32,000 nt of DNA, from contig CP091279.1 in the NCBI GenBank assembly GCA_021650915.1, positions 4,014,274-4,046,273 on the forward strand, given 5' to 3'. Each line of letters starts with the position of its first letter. Within the stretch, counting starts at the first letter, position 1. The notes under the pieces are model-generated. The model had not been told where the DNA came from, did no database searches, and saw only the letters and a program-made list of their open reading frames with translations. The position numbers and the translations under genes were made by a program. This DNA is from Candidatus Brocadia sp. Lineage in GTDB: Bacteria > Planctomycetota > Brocadiia > Brocadiales > Brocadiaceae. Positions 10,210 through 20,109 of the stretch are shown one piece after another.

Positions 10210-13200
10210 ATGCCTCTTGATGGAGTCTGGCTCTCGGATGAACCCCTCTGGTACAAGGACGTCATTATCTATGAGCTTCACGTACGGGCATTTTACGACA
10301 GCAATGCCGATGGGATTGGAGATTTTGAGGGGCTTATAGAAAAACTGGATTATCTGGAGAATCTTGGCATAACAGCCATATGGCTTCTTCCTTTTTATCC
10401 ATCCCCCCTTAAAGATGATGGATATGATATCGCAAATTATTTTGGCATCCATCCTGATTATGGCTTATTGCGGGACTTTAAGGAGTTTATCAGGGAGGCG
10501 CACAGAAGGGGTATGCGGATTATTACCGAACTTGTTCTGAATCATACCTCAGAGCGGCATCCCTGGTTTCAGATGGCAAGAAAGGCAAAACCCGGTTCTG
10601 CATTGCGAAATTTTTATGTCTGGAGTGACACACCTGAAAAATATAAAGAGGCAAGGGTCATTTTCAAGGACTTCGAATTATCCAACTGGACGTGGGATCC
10701 TGAGACGAAGGCTTACTACTGGCACCGATTTTTCACCCATCAACCCGATTTGAATTATGACAACCCCTTGGTGCAGAAGAAAATCATGAGGGTTATTAAT
10801 TATTGGCTGGATATGGGCGTTGATGGATTTCGCCTGGATGCCGTGCCCTATCTTTTTGAAAGGGAAGGAACCAATTGTGAAAGTTTACCGGAGACCCACA
10901 GATTCTTAAAAGAACTCCGGGCATACCTGGATCGTAATTTTAAAAACCGGATGCTTCTTGCGGAGGCGAATCAGTGGCCTGAGGATGCGGTAACCTATTT
11001 TGGAAACGGAGACGAGTGTCACATGGCATTCCATTTTCCCCTTATGCCCAGGTTATTCATGGCAATCTGGACCGAGGACAGGTTTCCCATAATTGATATC
11101 CTTGAACAAACCCCCCCAATCCCAGACACGTGCCATTGGGCATTTTTTTTAAGAAACCACGATGAACTTACCCTGGAGATGGTAAGTGATGAAGAAAAAG
11201 ATTATATGTACCGGGTCTATGCGAAAGACCCTGTGGCAAGGATCAATCTCGGCATACGGAGACGGCTTGCCCCCCTTCTCGGAAATAACCGGCGAAAGGT
11301 GGAAATCATGAATATCCTGCTTTTCTCTCTCCCGGGCACTCCCATTGTTTATTACGGTGATGAAATTGGAATGGGAGATAATTACCATCTTGGCGACAGA
11401 AACGGCGTGAGAACACCTATGCAATGGAATGTCGACAGAAACGCTGGTTTTTCCCGCGCAAATCCCCAGAAACTCTATCTCCCTCTTATTATCGACCCGG
11501 AATATCATTACGAAGCCGTTAACGTTGAAAATCAGGAAAAGAATCAGGCTTCCCTGCTCTGGTGGATGCGCAGGGTCATCGCCATGAGAAAACGTTTTAA
11601 GGCATTTGGAAGAGGAACGACTGAATTCTTATTTCCCGACAACCCAAAAGTGCTGGCATTTATCCGGCAGTATCATAACGAGGTCATCCTTGTCATTATT
11701 AATCTCTCGCGTTTTTCACAAGCAGTTGAGCTTGATCTTTCAAAATTTTCCGGATTTCAGCCAGAAGACATCTTTAGCGGAAATAAATTCCCACCAATAA
11801 AGGATACCCCCTATCTCTTTACCCTAGGCCATTACGATTATTTCTGGTTTGTCCTGAAAAAAGAGGAGGAGACCGCACCGTTTCGCAAAATACGACACAT
11901 TCCTCATATCAGTGGAAACTGGAAAACCCTCTTTATGGGAAAAACGAAAGAACTGCTGGAAAGGGAAATCTTACCGCCTTATATGAAAATGTGCAGATAC
12001 TATGGCGGTAGAATACAGGAAATGCGGGAAATAAGAATTACCGAGACTATAAAAATCAAAGAAAATACCTGCGATGCACAGATGCTTATTCTTGAAATAA
12101 AATACCTTACGGGACTATCGGACACCTGTTTTCTTCCCCTTTCCTTTTCATCCGGCGATACGGCGGAAAGCGTCGTCATAGAAAATCCACATGCCGTTGT
12201 TGCACACTTGAAGAATGACAATGCCGAAGGAATCATTTATGATAGTATCTACGATGAAGGATTCCGGAGTTATCTGCTGCGGATGTTTGTCAGAAGACAT
12301 AGGCACCGCGGACTTCATGGCGAACTTATCACCACTACCGGGAAGACGATAAAAAAACGCAAAGAGGATGAACTCTTATCGTTGAAATCCCACGTTATTA
12401 AGGGAGAACAAAATAACTCGTCCCTCCTTTACGGCAAGGAACTCATTTGCAAACTTTACCGATGCCTTGATGAAGGGATAAATCCCGAACTGGAAATGTG
12501 TGAGTTCCTTACCGATAAGATTCCTTTTCGCCACGTCCCTCCGCTTTTGGGTGCAATCGAATACCGGCGGCACGGAGGTGAATTCCTAACGGTAGGCATG
12601 CTTCAGACCTTTGTCCCGAATGAAGGTGATGCGTGGACCTATACCCTTGACTGGATAGGAAGATACCTGGGCAGAATCCTTGCCAGAAAAAATGAACTTC
12701 AGGGAATATCCCCCGTTCCCCCTTCTTTTTTTGATCCTGCTCTTCAAGAGACACCCCTCCTATTTCAGGAATTGATCGGTGGTATATATCTTGAAATGGT
12801 ATCCCTGCTGGGCAAAAGGACTGCCGAACTTCATCTGGCGCTCGCATCGGAAACGGAGGACACAAATTTTGCGCCAGAGCCGTTCACCGCATCCTATCAA
12901 AGGTCACTCTATCAATCTATGCAGTCTCGCACAAAAAGGATTTTTGCGCTCCTTAGAAAAAACACGAAAAATATCCCTGATCATCTTAAGGGATTAACGA
13001 ACGACACCCTCAATCTTGAAAAGGAAATCATGAGTCGTTTCAAGGCCATTTGTACCCGGAAGATATCCGCGGCAAAGATAAGGATCCATGGGGATTATCA
13101 CCTGGGACAGGTACTCTTCACGGGAAATGATTTTGCCATTATCGACTTTGAAGGAGAACTTGCGCGAAACGTAAGTGAAAGAAGATTAAAGAGGTCGCCA

Positions 13201-13533
13201 TTACGAGATGTGGCAGGCATGATACGTTCCTTTCATTACGCCACCCATGCCACCCTTTTAAAATCTGCCCGCACGAATCCGGAAGAGACCCCGGCGCTGG
13301 AACCCTGGCTAGATTTATGGTACCGGTATGTGGGAGGCGTCTTTTTACGGTCATACCTTGAAACGGCTGGAAATGCATCTTTTATTCCAAAGAGCAGAGA
13401 AGATCTTGATATTATGCTCAGGGCATATCTCCTGGAAAAAGCTGTTTATGAGATTGGACATGAAATAAACAATCGTCCGGAATGGATTATGATACCCTGC
13501 AGGGGAATTAAGCATCTGCTTGAGACCAATTAA
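10210..13533 (+). CDS. treS: Trehalose synthase / maltokinase fusion (TreS-Mak/Pep2)
   Basis: The N-terminal GH13 TreS domain has WYKDVIIYELHVRAFYDSNADGIGDFEGL, GVDGFRLDAVPYL, LLAEANQWPED and FLRNHDELTLE. The C-terminal maltokinase domain has IHGDYHLGQVLFTGNDFAIIDFEGE. GGAGA lies upstream of the ATG. 1107 aa, typical of such fusions. Confidence 0.9.
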   Translation: MPLDGVWLSDEPLWYKDVIIYELHVRAFYDSNADGIGDFEGLIEKLDYLENLGITAIWLLPFYPSPLKDDGYDIANYFGIHPDYGLLRDFKEFIREAHRRGMRIITELVLNHTSERHPWFQMARKAKPGSALRNFYVWSDTPEKYKEARVIFKDFELSNWTWDPETKAYYWHRFFTHQPDLNYDNPLVQKKIMRVINYWLDMGVDGFRLDAVPYLFEREGTNCESLPETHRFLKELRAYLDRNFKNRMLLAEANQWPEDAVTYFGNGDECHMAFHFPLMPRLFMAIWTEDRFPIIDILEQTPPIPDTCHWAFFLRNHDELTLEMVSDEEKDYMYRVYAKDPVARINLGIRRRLAPLLGNNRRKVEIMNILLFSLPGTPIVYYGDEIGMGDNYHLGDRNGVRTPMQWNVDRNAGFSRANPQKLYLPLIIDPEYHYEAVNVENQEKNQASLLWWMRRVIAMRKRFKAFGRGTTEFLFPDNPKVLAFIRQYHNEVILVIINLSRFSQAVELDLSKFSGFQPEDIFSGNKFPPIKDTPYLFTLGHYDYFWFVLKKEEETAPFRKIRHIPHISGNWKTLFMGKTKELLEREILPPYMKMCRYYGGRIQEMREIRITETIKIKENTCDAQMLILEIKYLTGLSDTCFLPLSFSSGDTAESVVIENPHAVVAHLKNDNAEGIIYDSIYDEGFRSYLLRMFVRRHRHRGLHGELITTTGKTIKKRKEDELLSLKSHVIKGEQNNSSLLYGKELICKLYRCLDEGINPELEMCEFLTDKIPFRHVPPLLGAIEYRRHGGEFLTVGMLQTFVPNEGDAWTYTLDWIGRYLGRILARKNELQGISPVPPSFFDPALQETPLLFQELIGGIYLEMVSLLGKRTAELHLALASETEDTNFAPEPFTASYQRSLYQSMQSRTKRIFALLRKNTKNIPDHLKGLTNDTLNLEKEIMSRFKAICTRKISAAKIRIHGDYHLGQVLFTGNDFAIIDFEGELARNVSERRLKRSPLRDVAGMIRSFHYATHATLLKSARTNPEETPALEPWLDLWYRYVGGVFLRSYLETAGNASFIPKSREDLDIMLRAYLLEKAVYEIGHEINNRPEWIMIPCRGIKHLLETN

Positions 13534-13559
13534 ATCGTTTGAGATGAAAGAGAAAATCT

Positions 13560-15473
13560 ATGAATACCCTAAGCCTCTTTACGGATCACGATATCTATCT
13601 CTTCAAAGAAGGGAACCATTTTCAGCTTTACAACAAACTCGGCTCCCACAGGATTGCAACAAGAGGAACCACAGGCGTCTATTTCGCCGTGTGGGCGCCG
13701 AATGCGGAAAGGGTCTCGGTCACGGGTGATTTTAATCAATGGAATAAGGCGTCTCATCCGCTAACACCACGGAAAGACGAATCCGGTATCTGGGAAGGAT
13801 TCATTGAAGGCATTGAAAACGGGACGGCGTATAAATATCATATCACTTCCCGCTATCAAAACTATACGGCGGATAAAGGCGACCCATTCTCTCTGCGCTG
13901 GGAAACCCCTCCTAAAACTGCCTCTCTGGTATGGGATCTGAATTATGCATGGAATGACCGTGCATGGATGCATACCCGCCACAAAGCCAATTCATTGGAG
14001 GCTCCGTTTGCTATTTATGAAATCCATCTTGGTTCCTGGAGGCGAGTTCCTGAAGAAGGGAATAGATATCTCACCTATAAAGAGATGGCTCACCAGCTCG
14101 CTGATTATCTGAATGAACTGGGATTTACCCACGTTGAACTGCTACCGATTACCGAGCATCCCTTTTATGGTTCGTGGGGGTATCAGTCCGTGGGATACTT
14201 TGCGCCCACGAGCCGGTACGGAACTCCTCAGGATTTTATGTATTTCGTTGATTATCTGCATCAACGCGGAATCGGAGTTATTCTTGACTGGGTGCCTTCT
14301 CACTTTCCCGCGGATGAGTATGGTCTCGTCTATTTTGACGGCACACACCTCTATGAACACGCAGACCCAAAAAAGGGCTTTCATCCGGACTGGAAGAGCT
14401 ACATTTTTAATTATGGCAGAAATGAAGTAAGGAATTTTCTTATCAGCAGCGCCTTCTTTTGGCTTGATAAATACCATATAGACGGTCTCAGGGTAGATGC
14501 CGTGGCTTCGATGCTTTATCTCGACTACTCAAGAAAAGACGGGGAATGGATACCAAACCAATACGGAAGCAGAGAAAATTTAGAGGCAATAGCCTTTATA
14601 AAAAGATTTAACGAGGCCGTCTATGAAACCTACCCGGACGTTCAAACGATTGCTGAAGAATCAACCGCATGGCCTATGGTGTCTAAACCAACCTATGTCG
14701 GCGGCCTCGGATTTGGTATGAAATGGAACATGGGTTGGATGCACGATACCCTGGCATTTTTTACCAAAGACCCGCTCTACCGAAAGTACCACAACAATCA
14801 ACTTACCTTTAGCATCATGTACGCATTCTCCGAAAACTTCGTCCTCCCCTTTTCCCATGATGAAGTTGTCCACGGGAAAGGGTCTTTGGTGGGAAAAATG
14901 CCGGGTGACGAGTGGCAGCGGTGCGCGAATCTCAGGCTCCTCTTTGGATATCTGTACGGACATCCAGGGAAAAAACTTCTTTTTATGGGAGATGAATTTG
15001 CACAGGTAAAGGAATGGCACCATGATGAGAGCCTGGAATGGCACGTGTTACAATACCCCTTTCACGCGGGCGTTCAAAGATGGGTCAGGGATTTGAATCA
15101 TCTTTACAGAAGCAAGCCGGCCTTGTACGAACGGGATTTTTGTTTCGACGGGTTCGAGTGGATAGACTTTCATGATTGGGAATGCAACGTTATCAGCTTC
15201 ATAAGAAAGGGAAATGCTGCGGATGATGTCATTCTTGTGATAAGCAACTTTACCCCCATACTGCGGCATAATTATCGCGTGGGCGTCCCGCTGGGTGGCT
15301 ATTGGAAAGAGGCATTAAACAGCGATGCAACTATCTATGGGGGTGGCGGACAGGGAAATTGTGGTGGAGCGGATGCGTCACCGGTACCGGCGCACGGAAG
15401 AGCCCATTCCCTTTCTCTTACCCTCCCTCCCCTGGGAATCCTCTTCCTGAAGTATGAAGGCAGAACTCGCTGA
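13560..15473 (+). CDS. glgB: 1,4-alpha-glucan branching enzyme
   Basis: [42 protein letters not shown] and [12 protein letters not shown]. Confidence 0.92.
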   Translation: MNTLSLFTDHDIYLFKEGNHFQLYNKLGSHRIATRGTTGVYFAVWAPNAERVSVTGDFNQWNKASHPLTPRKDESGIWEGFIEGIENGTAYKYHITSRYQNYTADKGDPFSLRWETPPKTASLVWDLNYAWNDRAWMHTRHKANSLEAPFAIYEIHLGSWRRVPEEGNRYLTYKEMAHQLADYLNELGFTHVELLPITEHPFYGSWGYQSVGYFAPTSRYGTPQDFMYFVDYLHQRGIGVILDWVPSHFPADEYGLVYFDGTHLYEHADPKKGFHPDWKSYIFNYGRNEVRNFLISSAFFWLDKYHIDGLRVDAVASMLYLDYSRKDGEWIPNQYGSRENLEAIAFIKRFNEAVYETYPDVQTIAEESTAWPMVSKPTYVGGLGFGMKWNMGWMHDTLAFFTKDPLYRKYHNNQLTFSIMYAFSENFVLPFSHDEVVHGKGSLVGKMPGDEWQRCANLRLLFGYLYGHPGKKLLFMGDEFAQVKEWHHDESLEWHVLQYPFHAGVQRWVRDLNHLYRSKPALYERDFCFDGFEWIDFHDWECNVISFIRKGNAADDVILVISNFTPILRHNYRVGVPLGGYWKEALNSDATIYGGGGQGNCGGADASPVPAHGRAHSLSLTLPPLGILFLKYEGRTR

Positions 15474-17947
15474 TGGACAGATATATCTGCATTCACGGAC
15501 ATTTCTATCAACCACCGCGTGAAAATCCCTGGCTGGAGGCTATCGAATTACAGGATTCCGCCTTGCCATACCATGACTGGAACGAGAGGATAACCTCAGA
15601 ATGTTATTCCCGCAATGCGGCATCCCGGATTTTGGACGGTGACGGACGCATCAAAGAAATCGTCAGTAATTACACCCGAATAAGCTTTAATTTCGGCCCT
15701 ACCCTCCTTTCCTGGATGGAGAAATATGCCCCAGGCATATACCAGGCCATACTCGATGCAGACAGAAAAAGCAGGGAGTGGCGTTCCGGTCATGGAAACG
15801 CAATTGCGCAGGTTTACAATCATATCATCATGCCCCTTGCCAATACCCGTGATAAACGCACCCAGATCATCTGGGGAATCAGGGATTTTGAGCACCGGTT
15901 TCAGCGCTTTCCTGAAGGCATGTGGCTTTCGGAAACGGCAGTCGACCTGGAAACACTGGATATTATGGCTGAGCAAGGCATACAGTTCACCCTCCTCTCA
16001 CCCCATCAGGCATTGCGGGTAAGAAAAATAGGCTCGGAAAAGTGGAAAGACGTAAGTGGCGGGCGCATTGACCCTACAAGAGGGTACCTCTGTAAACTGC
16101 CGTCAGGGAGGGCAATATATATTTTTTTTTACGATGGCCCCATATCTCGGGCGATAGCATTTGAAAAATTGCTGAACGGAGGAGAGCATTTTGCCCATCG
16201 GTTGTTAAGCGGTTTCTCAGATACGCGAAAATGGCCTCAAATCCTTCATGTTGCCACCGACGGAGAGTCGTATGGTCATCACCACCGGCATGGAGATATG
16301 TCCCTTGCCTTTGCCCTTCATTATATCGAGTCCCGGGGGCTGGCGCGGCTGACAAATTACGGAGAATACCTCGAAAAAAACCCCCCAGTGCATGAAGTTG
16401 AAGTCCTCAGTAATTCCTCCTGGAGTTGTGTCCACGGCATAGAGCGGTGGAAAGGCAACTGTGGATGCAATTCTGGCGGGCATCCCGAATGGAACCAGGA
16501 ATGGCGCACCCCAATCCGCAACGCCTTTGACTGGCTGAGAGATCAGATGGTGATAAAATACGAACAAAAGGCAAAAAAATATCTGAAAGACCCCTGGCGG
16601 GCAAGAGATGAATATATCACCCTTCTCCTGAACCGCTCAGCGGATCAGGTACACCAATATTTTGAACGGCACACGGTGAACGCCCTCGGCACAGAAGAAA
16701 TCATTTGCATGCTTGAATTGCTCGAAATCCAAAGAAACGCACTGCTGATGTATACCAGTTGCGGCTGGTTTTTTGATGAGCTTTCAGGGATTGAAACTCT
16801 GCAGACCATCCAATACGCCGGAAGGGCAATTCAACTGTCAGAAAAAATATTTGGTTACAGCATAGAAAATACCTTTTTGGAAAAACTTTCACAGGCAAAA
16901 AGCAATATCGCTGAACAGAAAGACGGCGCGCATCTTTATGAAAAATTCGTTAAGCCAGCCATGATCGACACCAAAAAGGTCGGGGTGCACTATGCCGTGA
17001 GCTCGATTTTCGAAGATTACCCGGAACGCACCAGAATTTACTGCTTTACGGTTACCAGAGAGGATTATCATCGGGAAGAGGCCGGGAGAATAAAGATTGC
17101 CGTGGGGCGGGTTTCCATCAGGTCTGAAATAATCAAAGAAACCGAACGTTTAAGCTTCTGTGTTTTGCATCTCGGCAATCATGATTTTAGCGGAGGCGTA
17201 TGTGCTTTTCCCGGAGACGATGCGTATCAGTCAATGAGAGACGAGATGATGGCGTCCTTTGAAAAGGGAGCCTTTGCCGTCATGGTAAGACTGATGGATA
17301 AACATTTTGGCATGCACAACTATTCACTCAAACATCTTTTCAAAGATGAACAACGAAAGATCGTACATCAGGTCATCCGATCAACCATTGATGAATTTGA
17401 AGAGACCTATCGCAGTATGTATGAGAACAATCGCATCCTGATGAGGTTTCTGCAGGAGACAGGTATGCCCATACCAAGCGTTTTTCGCACCGCCGCTGAG
17501 TTTACCCTGAACCAGGATTTAAAAAAAGCATGTGCAGAAGAAAAGGGTCTTAACAGGATACAGGGCATTCTGCATGACATGAAAAAATGGGATATCCCCG
17601 TGGACGCCTTAGATCACGAATTCGCACTTCGACGACTAATCGAGGCGTTAATGGATGAATTGCAGGAGAGGCCATCTGATTTTTCCCTGCTTCAAAGGAT
17701 AGAGCGAAAACTGCATCTCTTCCTTGCGTTACCTTTCGAGATCAATCTCTGGCACGTGCAAAATGTTTATTACGAGATGGCAAAGACCATCTATAAAACA
17801 TTTCTGCCCAAGGCAAAATACGGCGACCCAGATACCGTTCGTTGGATAGAATTGTTTAAACAGATTGGGTACAAATTGTTCTTCAATGTGCCGGCTATGC
17901 TGCCTGACGCCTCAGACGAACATTTCCATGCACGGGGAACTGAATGA
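15473..17947 (+). CDS. Glycoside hydrolase family 57 protein with long C-terminal extension (DUF3536-like)
   Basis: ICIHGHFYQPPRENPW, GMWLSETAVD (nucleophile Glu region) and HVATDGESYGHH (acid/base Asp region). Its ATG overlaps the glgB TGA (TGATG). Confidence 0.85.
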   Translation: MDRYICIHGHFYQPPRENPWLEAIELQDSALPYHDWNERITSECYSRNAASRILDGDGRIKEIVSNYTRISFNFGPTLLSWMEKYAPGIYQAILDADRKSREWRSGHGNAIAQVYNHIIMPLANTRDKRTQIIWGIRDFEHRFQRFPEGMWLSETAVDLETLDIMAEQGIQFTLLSPHQALRVRKIGSEKWKDVSGGRIDPTRGYLCKLPSGRAIYIFFYDGPISRAIAFEKLLNGGEHFAHRLLSGFSDTRKWPQILHVATDGESYGHHHRHGDMSLAFALHYIESRGLARLTNYGEYLEKNPPVHEVEVLSNSSWSCVHGIERWKGNCGCNSGGHPEWNQEWRTPIRNAFDWLRDQMVIKYEQKAKKYLKDPWRARDEYITLLLNRSADQVHQYFERHTVNALGTEEIICMLELLEIQRNALLMYTSCGWFFDELSGIETLQTIQYAGRAIQLSEKIFGYSIENTFLEKLSQAKSNIAEQKDGAHLYEKFVKPAMIDTKKVGVHYAVSSIFEDYPERTRIYCFTVTREDYHREEAGRIKIAVGRVSIRSEIIKETERLSFCVLHLGNHDFSGGVCAFPGDDAYQSMRDEMMASFEKGAFAVMVRLMDKHFGMHNYSLKHLFKDEQRKIVHQVIRSTIDEFEETYRSMYENNRILMRFLQETGMPIPSVFRTAAEFTLNQDLKKACAEEKGLNRIQGILHDMKKWDIPVDALDHEFALRRLIEALMDELQERPSDFSLLQRIERKLHLFLALPFEINLWHVQNVYYEMAKTIYKTFLPKAKYGDPDTVRWIELFKQIGYKLFFNVPAMLPDASDEHFHARGTE

Positions 17948-19440
17948 ACAGAAGGAGCGGCATATTACTTCATATTACCTCCCTTTCGGCTCCCCACGGT
18001 GTGGGAGATTTCGGTGAAACAGCTTACCAATTTGTCGACTTTCTTGCCGAAACCAGGCAGTCTTTGTGGCAAATCCTCCCTTTAAATCCCACCTCCATCG
18101 TATACGGAAACAGCCCTTATAGCTCTAATTCAGCCTTTGCGGGAAATCATACCTTGATAAGCCTTGATCTCCTGATCCAGGACGGTATCCTCTCAAAATC
18201 TGATATGAAAGATCAGCCAACCTTTCTTCATGATTTGGTTGACTATGATATCGTTACTCCCTTTAAAGAGAAAATGCTTCGGGTAGCATACCACAATGTT
18301 CGCCACACGCTGGAAAAGAATGGGGAATTTGAGAAGTTTTGTGCCGAAAATGCCCACTGGCTTGAGGACTATACCCTGTTTGTAGCCCTGAAAGAGAACT
18401 TTCATGGCGTTGCCTGGTATGACTGGCCTGAAGGCTTACGGCACAGGAGAGAGGACGTCCTGCAAGACCGGAGAAATAGCCTGCGCGACAGAATACTGAT
18501 GGAAAAGTTTTTCCAATTCCTCTTTTTCCGGCAGTGGTTTTCTCTGAAAAAATACTGCAACTCAAAGAACATACAGATCATCGGTGATATTCCTATCTAT
18601 GTAACCGACGACAGCGCCGATGTATGGGCGAAACCTGAGATCTTTAAACTGGATGATACCAGCAAACCTCTGTACATCGCAGGAGTTCCGCCTGATTATT
18701 TCAGCGCCACAGGACAACGATGGGGAAACCCGGTTTATAACTGGGGTATCCTCAAAGATACGGGATACTCGTGGTGGCTGAGGCGCATCGAATATAACCT
18801 GAAACTGTATGATATTATCAGACTCGACCACTTCAGAGGTTTCGTTTCCTACTGGGAAATTCCGGCCGGTGAAAAGACCGCAATCAACGGGAAGTGGGTG
18901 GATGCACCGGTAAAGGACTTCTTTAATATCCTGTACCGGCATTTCCCAAGCCTTCCCATTATTGCCGAAGACCTGGGGACGATAACACCTGACGTAAGAG
19001 AAATTATGAGTATGTTTGGAATTCCGGGCATGAAGGTGCTCCTCTTTGCCTTTGGAGACGATTTGCCGGTCAATCCGTATATCCCCCATAACCACACGCC
19101 ATCCTGTATTGTGTACACGGGAACCCACGATAACAACACGGTGAAAGGCTGGTTTAAACAAGATGCAACCACGGAAGACAAAAAAAGAATGCACAGATAC
19201 CTGGGAAGGGAAGTTACTGAAGACACGATTCATCGCGAAATGATCCGGCTGGCGATGATGTCTGTCGCAACGATGGTGGTAATGCCCATGCAGGATGTGC
19301 TTGGTCTGGGAGAGGAATCGAGGATGAACCTGCCTTCAACTTCCAAAAACAATTGGAGGTGGCGGCTCTCACCGGAACACCTTACCCCTGCTCTCAAACA
19401 AGAGCTAACGGAAACAACGACCATCTACGGCAGGGGATGA
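17944..19440 (+). CDS. malQ: 4-alpha-glucanotransferase (amylomaltase, GH77)
   Basis: GILLHITSL, IIGDIPIYV, RLDHFRGF, IIAEDLG and YTGTHDNNT. Its ATG overlaps the GH57 stop (ATGA). Confidence 0.92.
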   Translation: MNRRSGILLHITSLSAPHGVGDFGETAYQFVDFLAETRQSLWQILPLNPTSIVYGNSPYSSNSAFAGNHTLISLDLLIQDGILSKSDMKDQPTFLHDLVDYDIVTPFKEKMLRVAYHNVRHTLEKNGEFEKFCAENAHWLEDYTLFVALKENFHGVAWYDWPEGLRHRREDVLQDRRNSLRDRILMEKFFQFLFFRQWFSLKKYCNSKNIQIIGDIPIYVTDDSADVWAKPEIFKLDDTSKPLYIAGVPPDYFSATGQRWGNPVYNWGILKDTGYSWWLRRIEYNLKLYDIIRLDHFRGFVSYWEIPAGEKTAINGKWVDAPVKDFFNILYRHFPSLPIIAEDLGTITPDVREIMSMFGIPGMKVLLFAFGDDLPVNPYIPHNHTPSCIVYTGTHDNNTVKGWFKQDATTEDKKRMHRYLGREVTEDTIHREMIRLAMMSVATMVVMPMQDVLGLGEESRMNLPSTSKNNWRWRLSPEHLTPALKQELTETTTIYGRG

Positions 19441-19942
19441 TGTAAAAACGAGGGTCTGTAGGAACAAGAAACAACGGACAATGGTGATGTATCTTGTCTG
19501 ATACCAGAACGGGATATTAGGTAAAACTCTTGGTGATTATCTCGGTGGTATATCAGGTGCAGCAATTATCGTGAACGATAACCATAATGAGCGAAGAACT
19601 CCTGCGAAATATAAAACGGAATAATACGATAGCAACCTTGAAGAGGCAACAATGACTGAGCGCACCGGCACAGTGGTCGTTTCGCCGCACCCTGTGGAGT
19701 GATTGGCTATGTGTTATTCTGTTAATGTTCCTCCGATGGACATGCCTTTTTGTATCCGTCCATTTACTATTGTCGCAAAATCGACGCCTCTGTTCGTCGA
19801 AGACGCTTATCATTCTTGAATCAGGAAAAGTAGTAGATGTCTGCCCAAAAGCAATACCATGGTTTTTTGATTTGTTTTTGCCTTACGGGGACCCCAATCA
19901 AAATAACAACGCACTCTTTCACTCCTGCATATATTATACACA

Positions 19943-20049
19943 TATTAATCGTCTCATAATAGAACACACATTAAGCTGTCCGTTTAGCGCTTCAATACTG
20001 GAGAAGGAAAGCATACGACGAATCAATACAATTATGAGACCCTTAATAA
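19943..20049. repeat. 107-bp direct repeat, copy 1 (left border of the catalase island)
   Basis: 106/107 identical to 23270-23376. It carries internal terminal inverted repeats: GTCTCATAAT at 19951-19960 versus ATTATGAGAC near its right end. Weaker similarity extends about 16 bp to the left. Confidence 0.9.
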
Positions 20050-20109
20050 CGCCCCGCATAACCAGGCACTGTCGCACGATGCACGGCGAAAGCCCGCCAA
20101 GTGCAGATG

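Noticed and set aside
10072-10452. 126-aa minus-strand ORF overlapping the treS start
   Set aside because: It is antisense to the highly conserved TreS N-terminus and runs into the leader hairpin. It has no motif and no SD.
18562-19233. 223-aa and other long antisense ORFs inside malQ, the kinase, proA, eno, glgB, GH57, PFOR and catalase
   Set aside because: Each lies opposite a CDS with unambiguous family motifs. Their sequences are low-complexity or Arg/Ser-rich, typical of shadow ORFs.
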